Shown piece by piece: positions 11,268-22,200 of a stretch of DNA of 64,000 bases. This DNA comes from Malacoraja senta (taxonomy: Eukaryota), in assembly GCA_038087875.1 (NCBI GenBank), contig JAXLNO010004595.1:1-64000 (forward strand). Reading direction: 5' to 3'. A program made the position numbers and the translations under genes. The first letter of the stretch is position 1, and the number at the start of each line of letters is the position of its first letter. Under the pieces are notes generated by a model. That model did not search any database, was not told where the DNA came from, and saw only the letters and a list, made by a program, of their open reading frames with translations.

Positions 11268-13235
11268 AGATTAGATTAGATTAGATTAGATTAGATTATT
11301 TAATGACCACACAGTCAAGCTGGTGGAATTCATGTTCAGTACAGGATGTTACACAATAGGCTGATTCCCGTCAAACATAACATAAAACACAACAACATAC
11401 AGTATACAGTACATGCACGAGGTGGCTGTGTGATGTTGTCATAGAGTGTTCAGAGTTCGAATTGCATATGGGTAGAAACTGTTTTTAAATCGTGGTGTTT
11501 TGGTGGGCAGTGAGCTGTAGCGCCTTCCTGATGGCAGCAGGTGGAAGATGTGGTGAGCTGGGTGGGAGGGGTCAGAAATGATTTTCTTCACCCTTGACAC
11601 AGACCTTTTGAGATTGAGTGAATCTATTGATGGGAGGGGAGTGCTGATGATTTTGGATGCTTTGTTGACAATGCGCTGTAGTTTATTACGGGAGTGAGTG
11701 TCTAAACTGCTGTACCAACCTGTTATTGATGAAGTGAGCATGCTTTGAATGATGGCTGTGTAAAATCGGATTAGGAGATGTTTCCTCACTCTAAACTTCT
11801 TGAGCTGACGGAGAAAGAAAAGTCTTTGGTTGGCTTTTTTATAAATGTGGTCTGAATTGATTTTCCATTTGAGGTTATTGCTTATGTGAGTGCCAAGAAA
11901 TTTGAATGAGTCAGTAGTGGATATGGGATCGCCAGAGATGAGCAGGGGGTCTTGGGTTGTGCCTTCCGTCTGAGATCAATGATAAGTTCATGTGTTTTTG
12001 ATGTGTTGAGTAGGAGGTTATTATCTGTGCACCAAGTGACTGCTTTGTTTGTTTGAGTGCGGTATTCTGTTTCGTTGTTGTTAGAGATGAGACCTATGAT
12101 GGTTGTGTCATCTGCGTATTTATATATTTTGACTGAACTATACTGGGATGTGAGTTGATTTGTGTAGAGTGAGAATAACCAGGGTGACAAAACGCAGCCC
12201 TGAGGGGCTCCTGTACTGAGGTGCAGAGGGTGAGATATGGTGTTATGTATCTTCACCCTCTGTTGTCTGTTCCAAAGGAAGCTATAGATCCAATGACAGA
12301 TGCAGGGGTCAATGTTCATGTCCGTTAATTTATGGAAAAGTTTGACCGGGGTTGATGGAGTTGAATGCCGAACTGAAGTCCATGAACAGGATGCGGGCGT
12401 AAGTGTTGGCGGTTTCCAGGTGTTGCAGAGTGTGATGAATGGCCAGGTTGACTGTGTCTTCTACTGACCTATTGGCTCTATATGCGAATTGATGTGGGTC
12501 CATGTTGGAGGAAGTGCTGGTTTTGAGGTGAGCGAGAATAATGCGCTCAAATGACTTCATGGCCACAGATGTAAGGGCAATCGGTCTATAGTCATTGAGG
12601 CAGGATGTTGTGTTAGACTTGGGCACAGGAATGATGGTGGATTGTTTGAAGCACTGGGGCACTGAACATTGGCAGAGGGAGGTATTGAAGATGTTGGTGA
12701 ACACAGGGGCCAGTTCTGCTGCACAATGATGGAGCACTGCTGGGCTGATGTTGTCTGGGCCTGCAGATTTGTTTTTCTTCTGTCTTCTGAAGGTAGTCCT
12801 CACCTCGGCCTCCTGGATGTGGAATGGAGGGGGAGGAAGAGGAGAGGGGGACGATGGTGGAGGGACTGGAGACTGTTCAAACCTGCCATAGAAAGTGTTC
12901 AGTTTGTCTGGGAGTTGATGATCATTATCAGGGATGGGGGTGGATTTCTTTTTGTAGTTGGTGATTTCCTGAAGTTTTTTCCAGACAGTTCTAGTGTTGT
13001 TGGTTGAGATTTCTTGTTCTATTTTGGTGGCATAATTGTGTTTGGCTTTCCTTATTGTAGACCTTAATTTATATTTTGCAGCCATGTAGTCCTGCTTATT
13101 TCCAGATTTATAAGCAGCATTTTTCTCAGTTCTTAATTGTTGAATTTCTTTTGTGAACCAGGGCTTATTGTTGTATTGTTTAACCGTTCTTGAAGGAATA
13201 CAGAGTTGCTCGCAAAATTGGACATATGACGTCAC
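11268..13235 (-). mobile_element. 5'-truncated Rex1/Babar LINE with frameshifted reverse transcriptase
   Basis: Three consecutive ORF pieces (12330-13259, 11882-12319, 11439-11789) with NDYRPIALTS, QFAYR, FMDFSSAFN, GAPQGCVLSP, KYADD motifs; (TCTAA)n 3' tail at 11268-11298. Confidence 0.85.
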
Positions 13236-13254
13236 TGTGCTGCGCGGAAAACTT

Positions 13255-13500
13255 CCCAATCAGTGCATGCAAAGGGCAGGAGAATGGGGTTAGGAAGGAG
13301 AGATAGATCAGCCATGATTGAATGGCAGAGTAGACTTGATGGGCTGAATGGCCTAATTCTGCTCCTATCACATGAACATGAGATGATCACTGATTTGGGC
13401 CAAACACGGGGAGACGGGACTAGTGTAGATCGGGCACCTTGGTTGGCAAAGGCAAGCTGAACCGAAGGGCCTGTTAACATCCTGTATAAATCTATGACTC
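13255..13500 (+). mobile_element. CR1 3' UTR / SINE tail fragments
   Basis: atcagccatgattgaatggcagagtagacttgatgggctgaatggcctaattctgctcct matches CR1 3' ends elsewhere in the window (e.g. 35710-35775). Confidence 0.6.
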
Positions 13501-13799
13501 CATGATCACTCCAATGCCAACACGCTTGTACCCAGCTCCATCCACACAATGGACTTTCTGATGGACCTCTTTTCCAGTGTCGACAAACAATTGTACAAGT
13601 GCAAATACTCGACCCCACTCTTCAAATTAGCAGCAAGACAACTAGTCTGAGATGCCACACACAGAGGGCCGACAACAATAAGTGGACTGACCCTGTGACA
13701 CTAATTTTGAAGAACAGCAGGCTTGGTCTTCTCAGTGTCCTGGCTACTGAGGAGTTTTGGAATAAACTGAAGTTGTGAAAGCACAGAAATATTTAGCAT

Positions 13800-15375
13800 T
13801 GTGCCCTAGTCCTGGTTGCATTGTGGCCTGGTTCAGCAACTTGAACGTCCAGGAGCGAAAAAGACTACATAATGTTGTGACCACTGCCCAGTTCATCGCC
13901 GGCTTTGACCTCCCCACCGTCGAAGGTGACCTCCCCTCCGTTCTTGGTCCCCTCCTCTTCATCATCTACATCCTCCCCCTTGGTCATATACTCCGTCACT
14001 TTAACCTGGACTTCCACTGCTATGCTGATGACACCCAGATCTATCTCAGCACCAAGTCCCCCCACCACCCCCCTCTCTCCCATATCAACTCCTGCCTATC
14101 AGCCATCAAATCTTGGATGCAACTCAACTTCCTTAAATTAAACAGTAGCAAAACAGAATTTCTCCTCATTGGCTCCATATCAACACTCACTAAAATTAAC
14201 AACCCCACTCTCACTATTGACGGCACCACTGTCTCCCCATCTCCTCAGGCACGCAACCTTGGCGTGATCTTTGACTCAACCCTCTCCCTTGAGCCTCACA
14301 TCCGCCATGTTGTCAAAACATCATTTTATCACCACCGCAACATTGCCAAAATCAGATCCTCTCTCACACCCCCCGCTGCTGAAAGACTCATCCATGCCTT
14401 CATCTCCTCCCGACTGGACTACTGTAACTCTCTTCTCTTTGGAATCAATTCCAGCAGCATCAACCAACTCCAACTGGTCCAGAATGCAGCCGCTCGACTC
14501 ATTACCCACACCAAATCCTGGCACCACATCACCCCAGTTCTCAAAGAACTTCACTGGCTTCCCATTTCCCACCGGATCACCTACAAAACCCTGGTCCTCA
14601 CCTACAAAGCCCTCAACAACTTGGCCCCCCCCTTATCTCACTGACCTCCTCTCCCCCTATCAACCCACGCGATCCATCAGATCCACATCAGCTGGTCTCC
14701 TCTCCACTCCGAAATCAAACCTCTGCACTTTTGGAGGCAGAGCCTTCTCCAGGCTCCCAGGCTCTGGAATTCCCTCCCACAACTGGTCCGAAATTCTGAG
14801 TCCCTCACCATCTTCCAGTCCCGCCTCAAGAGCCATCTCTTCACCTCTGCATACCCTTAGTCCCATGTTCCCCTCCCCTTTGCATCTCTGTCTTACTGCT
14901 CTATTTTGTTTTGTTTATTCTTGACTCTCAATGTAAAGCGACTTTGAGTCCTGAAAAGCGCTATATAAATAAAATGTATTATTATTATTATTATCATAGT
15001 CGCTGCCTCAAAAAGGCAGCCAAAATCATCAAGGACCCACACCATCCTGGCCACACACACATCTCACCATTGCCATCAGGAAGAAGTTACAGGAGCCTGA
15101 AAACTGTAATGTCCAGGTACAGGAACAGCTTCTTCCCTACAGCCATCAGGCTATTAAACACAACGAATAAGCTCTGAGCTCTGAACCGCAAAAGGCTATA
15201 TTATTGTTTGTTATTTGCACTATTTGTTATTTATTGAACTTTTTCTTTTTTTCTCTTCCCCCGTTATGCACTATGTTTACATATTCACATATTCTGTTGT
15301 CCTGCAGCAAGTAAGAAATTCATTGTCCTGTCTGGGACATATGACAATAAAACACTCTTGACTCTTCTTGACTCT
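13800..15375 (+). mobile_element. Rex1/Babar LINE 3' fragment split by an L2 insertion (13800-13925 and ~14993-15375)
   Basis: Reading frame ...[10 protein letters not shown] stops at 13925 and resumes as HSRCLKKAAKIIKDPHHPGH after the L2 tail. Confidence 0.8.
13926..14992 (+). mobile_element. 5'-truncated L2 LINE (RT C-terminal part and 3' tail)
   Basis: [11 protein letters not shown]...[10 protein letters not shown]...[10 protein letters not shown]...[11 protein letters not shown]...[13 protein letters not shown]; ends ataaataaaatg(tat)n. Confidence 0.9.
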
Positions 15376-15506
15376 AGTCCAGGCCTCTTGGTTATCACTC
15401 CCTCACTCACACACTACAACACCTGTCCTTCAGTGCTAAACTTGCCTGGCCCTATTTTGTGATGGGGTAAAAGATGTGATGATTAGAGTGAATCCCAGCA
15501 CCGTAC

Positions 15507-15824
15507 CTTGAAAGCTTTTCACTTCCCGGCTGATACTGGTGTTCGAGGGGGGATGAGACACTGTACAGCCGAAGACTGAGCCTTTCTTCCAATCCTCTGA
15601 ACTCACAGTCAGGAAGTGGCTGGCACTGAAAGTCCCCCCCTGCTCCAGAGCAGTCGGTGTAGCGCTGGTGGTGGAGGAGATCGGGGCTCCGTCTTTCTCC
15701 CAAGTGACGTTTATGAGGTCTGGGTAGAAACCAGAGAGCACACACTCGAGAGTGGCTGTGTGGCTACGCTTGGTCTCTTGGTGAGCTGGAGGTAGCAGTC
15801 TGACCTTGGGTCTTTTTGTTTCAA
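15507..15824 (-). CDS. IgW: Ig heavy-chain constant exon, CH4-like copy 2 (IgW type), open
   Basis: Acceptor ctctgttccAG, donor GTACGG, 318 bp, phase 1/1; VETKRPKVRLLPPAHQETKRSHTATLECVLSGFYPDLINVTWEKDG...EDWKKGSVFGCTVSHPPSNTSISREVKSFQ has the C1-set Cys, Trp and Cys and GFYP. Confidence 0.9.
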
Positions 15825-15867
15825 CTGGAACAGAGGAGCAAAGTAGATGTGAGACCCTCTTCCTCAA

Positions 15868-16203
15868 GGGCCTCTCCCACTTACACGACTTTTTCGGCGA
15901 CTGCCGGCACCCATCATATGTCGTTGCAGGTCGGCGAAAATTTTCAACATGTTGAAAATCTAGCGGCGACCAGAACAAGGTCCGACTCTTTGGGCGACTA
16001 CTCACGACCATGCAGGCTTCACCCCACGACATGTCGCCAAGGTGTCGCCTGTATGGTCGTGAGTCTCCTCAGTCGCATAAAGAATCGTAGCGTCTTTCTG
16101 GTCGCCGCTGGATTTTCAACATGTTGAAAATTTTTGCTGACCTACAGTGACCTATGACGGGTGCCGGCAGTCACCAAAAAAGTCACGTAAGTGGGACAGG
16201 CAC
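15868..16203. mobile_element. MITE with ~50-bp terminal inverted repeats (Harbinger-like ends) in the CH3-CH4 intron
   Basis: Left gggcctctcccacttacacgactttttcggcgactgccggcacccatcata; right tatgacgggtgccggcagtcaccaaaaaagtcacgtaagtgggacaggcac; internal palindrome ttttcaacatgttgaaaa present twice; no clean TSD seen. Confidence 0.75.
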
Positions 16204-16250
16204 TTCATGGTAACTAATGTTGGCCGTATCATTGCCGATCTCTCGCCCAC

Positions 16251-16542
16251 CTTTGGCACTTTCTGTCCGTGCTGACACTGGTGAGGATGATGGAGATCGT
16301 TGGGCAGAGCACACAACTGGTCCATTCCTCCACAATGCTCCTGAGTTTACTGCTCACTCTGTCTTGGGTCCTTTCCCCTCTCGGTTGGTGGGTCACAGCC
16401 CCTGTTGTTCTCTCCCTTCCGCTCACTTGCCAGTAGATTTGGAACTGGCTCAGATCAGCACCCATTACCACGCACACCACAGTAGCGGTCTTGTTGATCC
16501 AAATCTCTTCAGTGGAGGGGTTTTGGATAAAGACAGACAATT
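16251..16542 (-). pseudogene. IgW: Ig heavy-chain constant exon, CH3-like copy 2, with an 11-bp frameshift deletion
   Basis: Acceptor tttctcatctgcAG, donor GTGGGC; ELSVFIQNPSTEEIWINKTATVVC...W...SKLRSIVEEWTS then frameshift. Alignment to 38377-38478 shows CGGGGTGGAGT missing at ~16316; 292+11=303 bp restores the frame (FVCSAQRSPSSSPVSARTESAK). Confidence 0.9.
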
Positions 16543-16815
16543 CTGCAGATGAGAAATAGGAAGCTTACAAACCAGACAAGGTCTGGTGTTGTCGTCACCA
16601 ATCAACTGCACTCTGACAACTTGCATTCATTTTCCAGACTCACTTTATTGACGTGTGCACAAAGAGAGCAGCACAGTCCCAGTTACCTGCTGCTCTGAAA
16701 TTCCACTCAGCATTTATATGGAGTTTGACCCTTGAAATTATGCGCACTCTCTAATTTCTAATAATCGAACACAATACATTCTCCACAACACTTATACAAA
16801 TACAATAACACTAAT

Positions 16816-17050
16816 ACCCTGTCTCACGGTGCGAGTCCACCCACGAGTGATCCCGAGTGAAAGAAAAAATCAAACTCATGGTTGTCTACGAGATTCCAAG
16901 TTTATGTTCACGAGTTTAAACGTGTTCCCACGTGTATGTCTAAGTTTGCCGTTTACTTCTCATTTCTGCGATGTACCAAGTTCCTCTCCCGAGTTACCAA
17001 GCTCCTCTCCCGAGTTACTCTTGAGCCAACAACAACTACCGACGTGTGGA
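16816..17050. mobile_element. Truncated MITE-like element
   Basis: Starts ccctgtctcacggtgcgag, resembling the TIR of 15868-16203; no matching right end seen. Confidence 0.4.
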
Positions 17051-17109
17051 AAAATCATCACATGGTAAAAATGATGTCATGCTGTTTTTTTTCCACTATA
17101 AATAGACAC

Positions 17110-17545
17110 AGCCTGAAGAACGATCTCGACCGGAAACATCACCTATTTCTTTTCTCCAGAGATGCTGCCTGACCAGCTGAGTTAGTCCATCATTTTGTGT
17201 CTATTTTTGGTTTAAACTAGTATCTGCAATTCCTTCCTTCAAACTTTTAGAGCAGTTTGTTTCAAGAAACAAGCCTTCCTAAATTGCATTCCAAAGTCCA
17301 TTTGAACAGCATTTGTTCAAGGTCTGGCATCAATCATTGAAAGGCATAGGCTGTTTTGTGTCGGGAGGAACTGCAAATGCTGGTTTACACCGAAGATAGA
17401 CATAAAATGCTGGAGTAACTCAGCGGGACATGCAGCATTTCTGGAGAGAATGAATGGGTGACGTTTCTGGTCGAGTCCCTTCTTCAGACTGAAAAAACGT
17501 TTCGACCCTCCTCTCCAGAGATGCTGCCGGCTTGGCTGAATTACT
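17110..17545. mobile_element. Penelope pLTR-derived repeat fragments in both orientations
   Basis: ctgaagaacgatctcgaccggaaacatcacc (plus strand) and gggtgacgtttctggtcgagtcccttcttcagact (minus strand), both degenerate hammerhead-type motifs. Confidence 0.6.
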
Positions 17546-17709
17546 CCAGCTTTTTGTGTCTAGTAAGATTGTTTTATTCCCTTAATTTATCTCTCATCAA
17601 AACATTGGTAAACTTCTAACAAAAAGATTAGGTAAATTGAACATTAAGGTTATTTTTTTCCCCAACAGCAAGGTCCGTAGACCAGAGGGCTAGCAGTGTG
17701 TGTCTCTCT

Positions 17710-18360
17710 ACTCACCCAATATGTCCGTCAGAGCAAGAAATGACAGCAAATTGTGGTTGCAGCCCAGATCATCACACAAACTAACCTCCCTTCCACTGAC
17801 TCCATTTACATCTCACGCTGCCTCAGCAAGGCCAGCAGCATTATCAAGGACAAGTCGCACCCTGGCCACTCTCTCTTCTCCCCTCTCCCATCAGGCAAAA
17901 GGTATAGGTGTGAAAATGCACACCTCCAGATTCAGGGACAGTTTCTTCCCAGCTGTTATCAAGCAACTGAACCATCCCCTCGCCAACTAGAGCGCAGTCC
18001 TGAGCTATCACCTACCTCACTGGAGACCCTCGCACTATGTATAATCGGACATTACCTAGCACAAAACATTATTCCCTGGTGGAATGACTGGTTAGCATGC
18101 AACAAAAAGCATTTTCACTGTACCTTGGTCTACGTGACAATAAACTAAACTAAACAACCCTCGGCCCACACAATGGGCATTGCATCCCCCACCCTAGACC
18201 ATTACTCCTTCCACCATCGACACTTCACGCTGCCTCAGGAAAGCAGCCAACATCTTCGAGGAACCCTCACATCCCAGTCATTGTCTCTACTCCCCTCTCC
18301 AGAAGATACAAGAAGCTTGAAAGCACGTAGCAGCAGATTCAAGAACAGATTTACTATAAG
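17710..18360 (+). mobile_element. Rex1/Babar-type LINE 3' fragments
   Basis: LPSTDSIYISRCLSKASSIIKDKSHPGHSLFSPLPSGKRY; a second degraded copy follows at ~18190-18350. Confidence 0.7.
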
Positions 18361-19108
18361 CACCGACAGGCAGATGTTTAATTGTAACATTGGAATAGAA
18401 GAGTTACCAATGATGAGTTGTCTCTTTTATTCAACATCATCCGTGCACACTCACTGAGGACAGAGACTCCTCAAACAACCATCCCCCTTGCTAGACACAG
18501 ATGTCATGAGTGGCTCAATGGTGAGCAATGTCACCTCATGAAAGCTGCTGTCTTTGGGATGAGGCTTTAAGGAGGTGCTTCTCAGGTAGATATCAGCAAT
18601 GCCACGACATGACCACGAGAGTTCTGCTCAGAGTCCTGAGCTAATAATTATCCTGAAACCAAACAGCTAAACACAGGTGGGCTGTGGGAGAGTAGGGAAG
18701 TGGAGGGGAAAGAGGGAGAAAGCAAGGACTACCTGACGCAGGCGATCTGGCCAGATTTGGTTTGCCGTGTGGGAGCTTGCATCAGGTACATTGTCACAGC
18801 TGGGCTAGGAAAGACCATGGTCCAATCAGATCACCTTGTGTCACCCTGACGGTCGCATGGCACAGTGATAATGGAGTTAACGACCAACGACCAACGACCA
18901 CAATCAATCTCTGTCTTCAACTGGTCCAGGCGTGGGTGTGAGAACACCCAATGGTGGAAGGTTTTGGACACGTTGATCCAACAACAGCTATTTCTCCCAG
19001 AATGTGCTTCTCCCAGAATGTGCACACCTCACATCCCAAGCTACCCATGTACTCCCACCCAAAACACACCAGTCAAGGACATGCACACAAAACCTTTTTC
19101 ACATCACA

Positions 19109-19114
19109 TTTATT
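19109..19114 (-). promoter_or_regulatory. Likely poly(A) signal of the secretory transcript
   Basis: AATAAA on the minus strand followed by GT-rich sequence (tgtgatgtgaaaaaggttttgtgtgcatg...ggtgtgttttggg); about 300 nt from the tailpiece stop codon once the DIRS insertion is removed. Confidence 0.6.
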
Positions 19115-19244
19115 GAACTTGTATTGATACATTGACACATACATAGATTTAATACATCGTGTGATCCCATACATGGTTGAAATCTGTTCAAGCATGGCAG
19201 AAAAAGTTCTGTAAATGTATCCAGAAGCTCAGACATTTGTGGTG

Positions 19245-22200
19245 AATAGTAAGATTAAACGAGAACTTACCAGTTTGAAGTTTGATCTTTATTTTATGAG
19301 GAGTTACGTTGGTGATTACGTGAAGAAGGCCCGTCAGGGCGCATGCGCGTCAATCTTCAAAGCAGCGGTATGAAATCACAGACAAAACCATAATTGAAGT
19401 AACATATTAAGATGATCAACATGAGAACTACCATTATGACCTTTTTTCTATGAGAGAGGGTTGGGCGTGGCGGGCACGTAATCACCAACGTAACTCCTCA
19501 TAAAATAAAGATCAAACTTCAAACTGGTAAGTTCTCGTTTAATCTTACTATTTTACTTCGGAGTCACGTGAGTGACTACGTGAAGATTTTAAAGCTCTGT
19601 GATTTTTATGCCGCAGATCAAAATCCCGGCTTCTCACTGCATCGATTGACTGAGTATCATCAATAATGCTGTAAACATGACATTGCATATCATGCAAAAA
19701 CAAAACAGTTTTATTTTTGGTCATAAAACAACCAATAAACCCTCTTACTGTAGGGCAACAAACGAAACAGAATGAAACAGTATTGAAAAAACAGACTTTA
19801 AACAATAGCAACAGCACTCAATATTGAGTTAGCAAACAGCCCTCCATCGGCAATCGGCCGATGGTAGTATTGCTGAAACACAAGTTCATTTTTCCAACCT
19901 GCGGCTTTTAATATATGGTCGATGGGAACGTCCATCGCCCTGGCCGCGGATGTTGCTACTGCGCTAGTGGAATGAGATGTAAACACATAAATGTTAATTC
20001 CTGCCTGAACCAACTCTTGCTTTAACCACCTTGAGATAGTCTGAACTGCCACTCTTTTATGTTGGCTTTTTGTAACTGACAAATAATCCTGTTTCTTCTT
20101 GTCTTAAAGCCCTTGTGGCTTCAATGTAATGTAACAAATGTGTCCTTACACATAAACATGGAGCTGTAGGATATGCTGAGAACACAATCTTAAAACCTGT
20201 CACACCTGGCCTGCTTTGTTTGAGCAGGTCAGAAATATAAAACAGAACATTCTCTGTATTCACTTCCATTCTCTCGAACTGAAGTTTTTTGGAAAGTCTG
20301 CACTCTCTGTACTGACACCAATGCCATTAGCATAGCCAATTTCATGGTTAATTTTAACAAAGTTATAGCCGTGACAGGGACCCAATGACGAAGTATGTTA
20401 CGAACAACCCTTACCTCGCAGATTACCATATACCTAGGCTTAGGCGGTTTGGAATTAGATTCCTTTCATCAACCTAGATATGAGAGGGTGAGAACCTATA
20501 TTTTGTGTCCGTGTACCTATTACAAGATATGCGGACAAAGCACTTCTAGCTGTATTGATAGCAGTATAGCTAAGACCTTCATCATAATAAAGTGTAGATA
20601 AACTCTAACACATTTTCAATAACTACAGTATCATATTGAATATTCTTTTGAACACAATATTGTTCCTTTTTTTTTTTTTTCATAAGTCATATACTGTTTT
20701 TGAGTACTCTTTCTCCAGACTGCAGCGAGTATATACACCGTTGGCCTAGAAAGTCCTCGACCAATGTAAGGCATTCTTGAAACCTGCAAACTAACAGATC
20801 CATACCGTCACATAACGGATGAACTTAATGCGTTACTGGATGCTCCAGCAAATTCCTACTGTTTGGAATCAGCAAAAAGAGGTTGGATCGCTATCTGTAA
20901 CATCAAAGGGAACCATGGTTGAATCAGGCAATTTGGTATCACCAAAACCCCTGAAGCGGCATCCTGCTTGATTTTCTCAAACACCGACCTATGAGGCAGA
21001 ATGGTGGGAAAATGTACACAAACATATCATCCCAATTTAGTGAAAAAGCATCAATTGCCACTGCCCCTGGATCTGGTGCCTATGAAACATATTTTGGCCT
21101 TCCATATAGAAGTACTATGTTCTTGAACACATCCTGGTTCCACATCCACTCTGTGTTATGATGGATTTTTCGTGAGCTGCCATCTGGTACTACATTAAGT
21201 TTCCCTGGCAGATAGATAGCTCCAATCCAAATCTCTTTATCCCTACTCCAGGTCCAATTGTATTTGCCAACCTGTCACATGATAACGATTTGATTTCACC
21301 CATGTGATCCATATCAGCAACTGCTGCAGTGTTGTCTATTTTGCACTGCACATGCAAACTAGTTTAGTTAGTGCCATAAGCCGTGAGTCCATTAAATACT
21401 CTTGGTTAATTCCCCATGTATGCAGAAGCAATGTTCATCTGTCTCCACCGCTGGATCTTGTATCAGTAGTACCCTACCGAAGTGCTCTGACATCTGTCTG
21501 CAAATCATGGAAGCTTGGTCCAATAACACTTTGGAACTACTAGTGGACACATGCTGAATCCACCATTGAACATCAGCAACAGCCTCTTTTGATAGAAGCA
21601 TAGGTCTATTATAATGACCCCAATGTATCCTCAATGCTTGTTCCTTTGACCTTTGTAATTGTAGATAATAAAGTGGCCATATTGAACTGCTGGAAATGCT
21701 GCCAGCCATTACCACAGCAGTCTTGTCACCTGGCTAATTGAAGGCTGTGCGTTAGCAATTAACTTGATATAGCTCTTAATTAGCTGTACCCTTTTTTTGC
21801 CTGGGCAAGGTCACAATGATGTTGATTAAGTCCATTGTGAACCCAACTAGTCAATTTGTGTCACAGGTATAAATTTAGATTCCTCAGAATAGCTTATAAA
21901 GCCCAATTAAAATTGTTTTTTACGAACTGCCACTGATGCTTCAGCTGTTTCCTTTGATTGTCCTACAATCAAGATATTATTTAGCTAAGCCATGAGCACA
22001 TGACCTTGACTTCTCATCATGCCTAGAATAGGTTTTAACAACTTTGTAATCCCTCTAGGAGCTGAAGACAAACCATTAGGCAGTGGATTGTATTGGCATA
22101 ATTCCCCATCCAGCTGAATTTTAAATCTTCTATCCTGCAAATGAACAGACACTGAATCCGCATCTTTAAGATCTCCTTCACAAACGTTTCCATCTTAAAA

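Noticed and set aside
16680-16720. TATAAA plus CAG|GTAACT as a germline-transcript (I-like) exon
   Set aside because: Only ~26 nt between TATA and donor, leaving no room for an exon.
18861-18888. RSS-like CACAGTG + 12 nt + ACGACCAAC; other heptamers at ~41844 and ~48873
   Set aside because: Nonamer matches only 5/9 here and is absent at the others; no adjacent V, D or J coding sequence.
18831-19025. 64-aa Cys-containing minus-strand ORF just past the poly(A) signal
   Set aside because: No convincing splice acceptor or recognisable TM/tail motif; cannot be assigned without a search.
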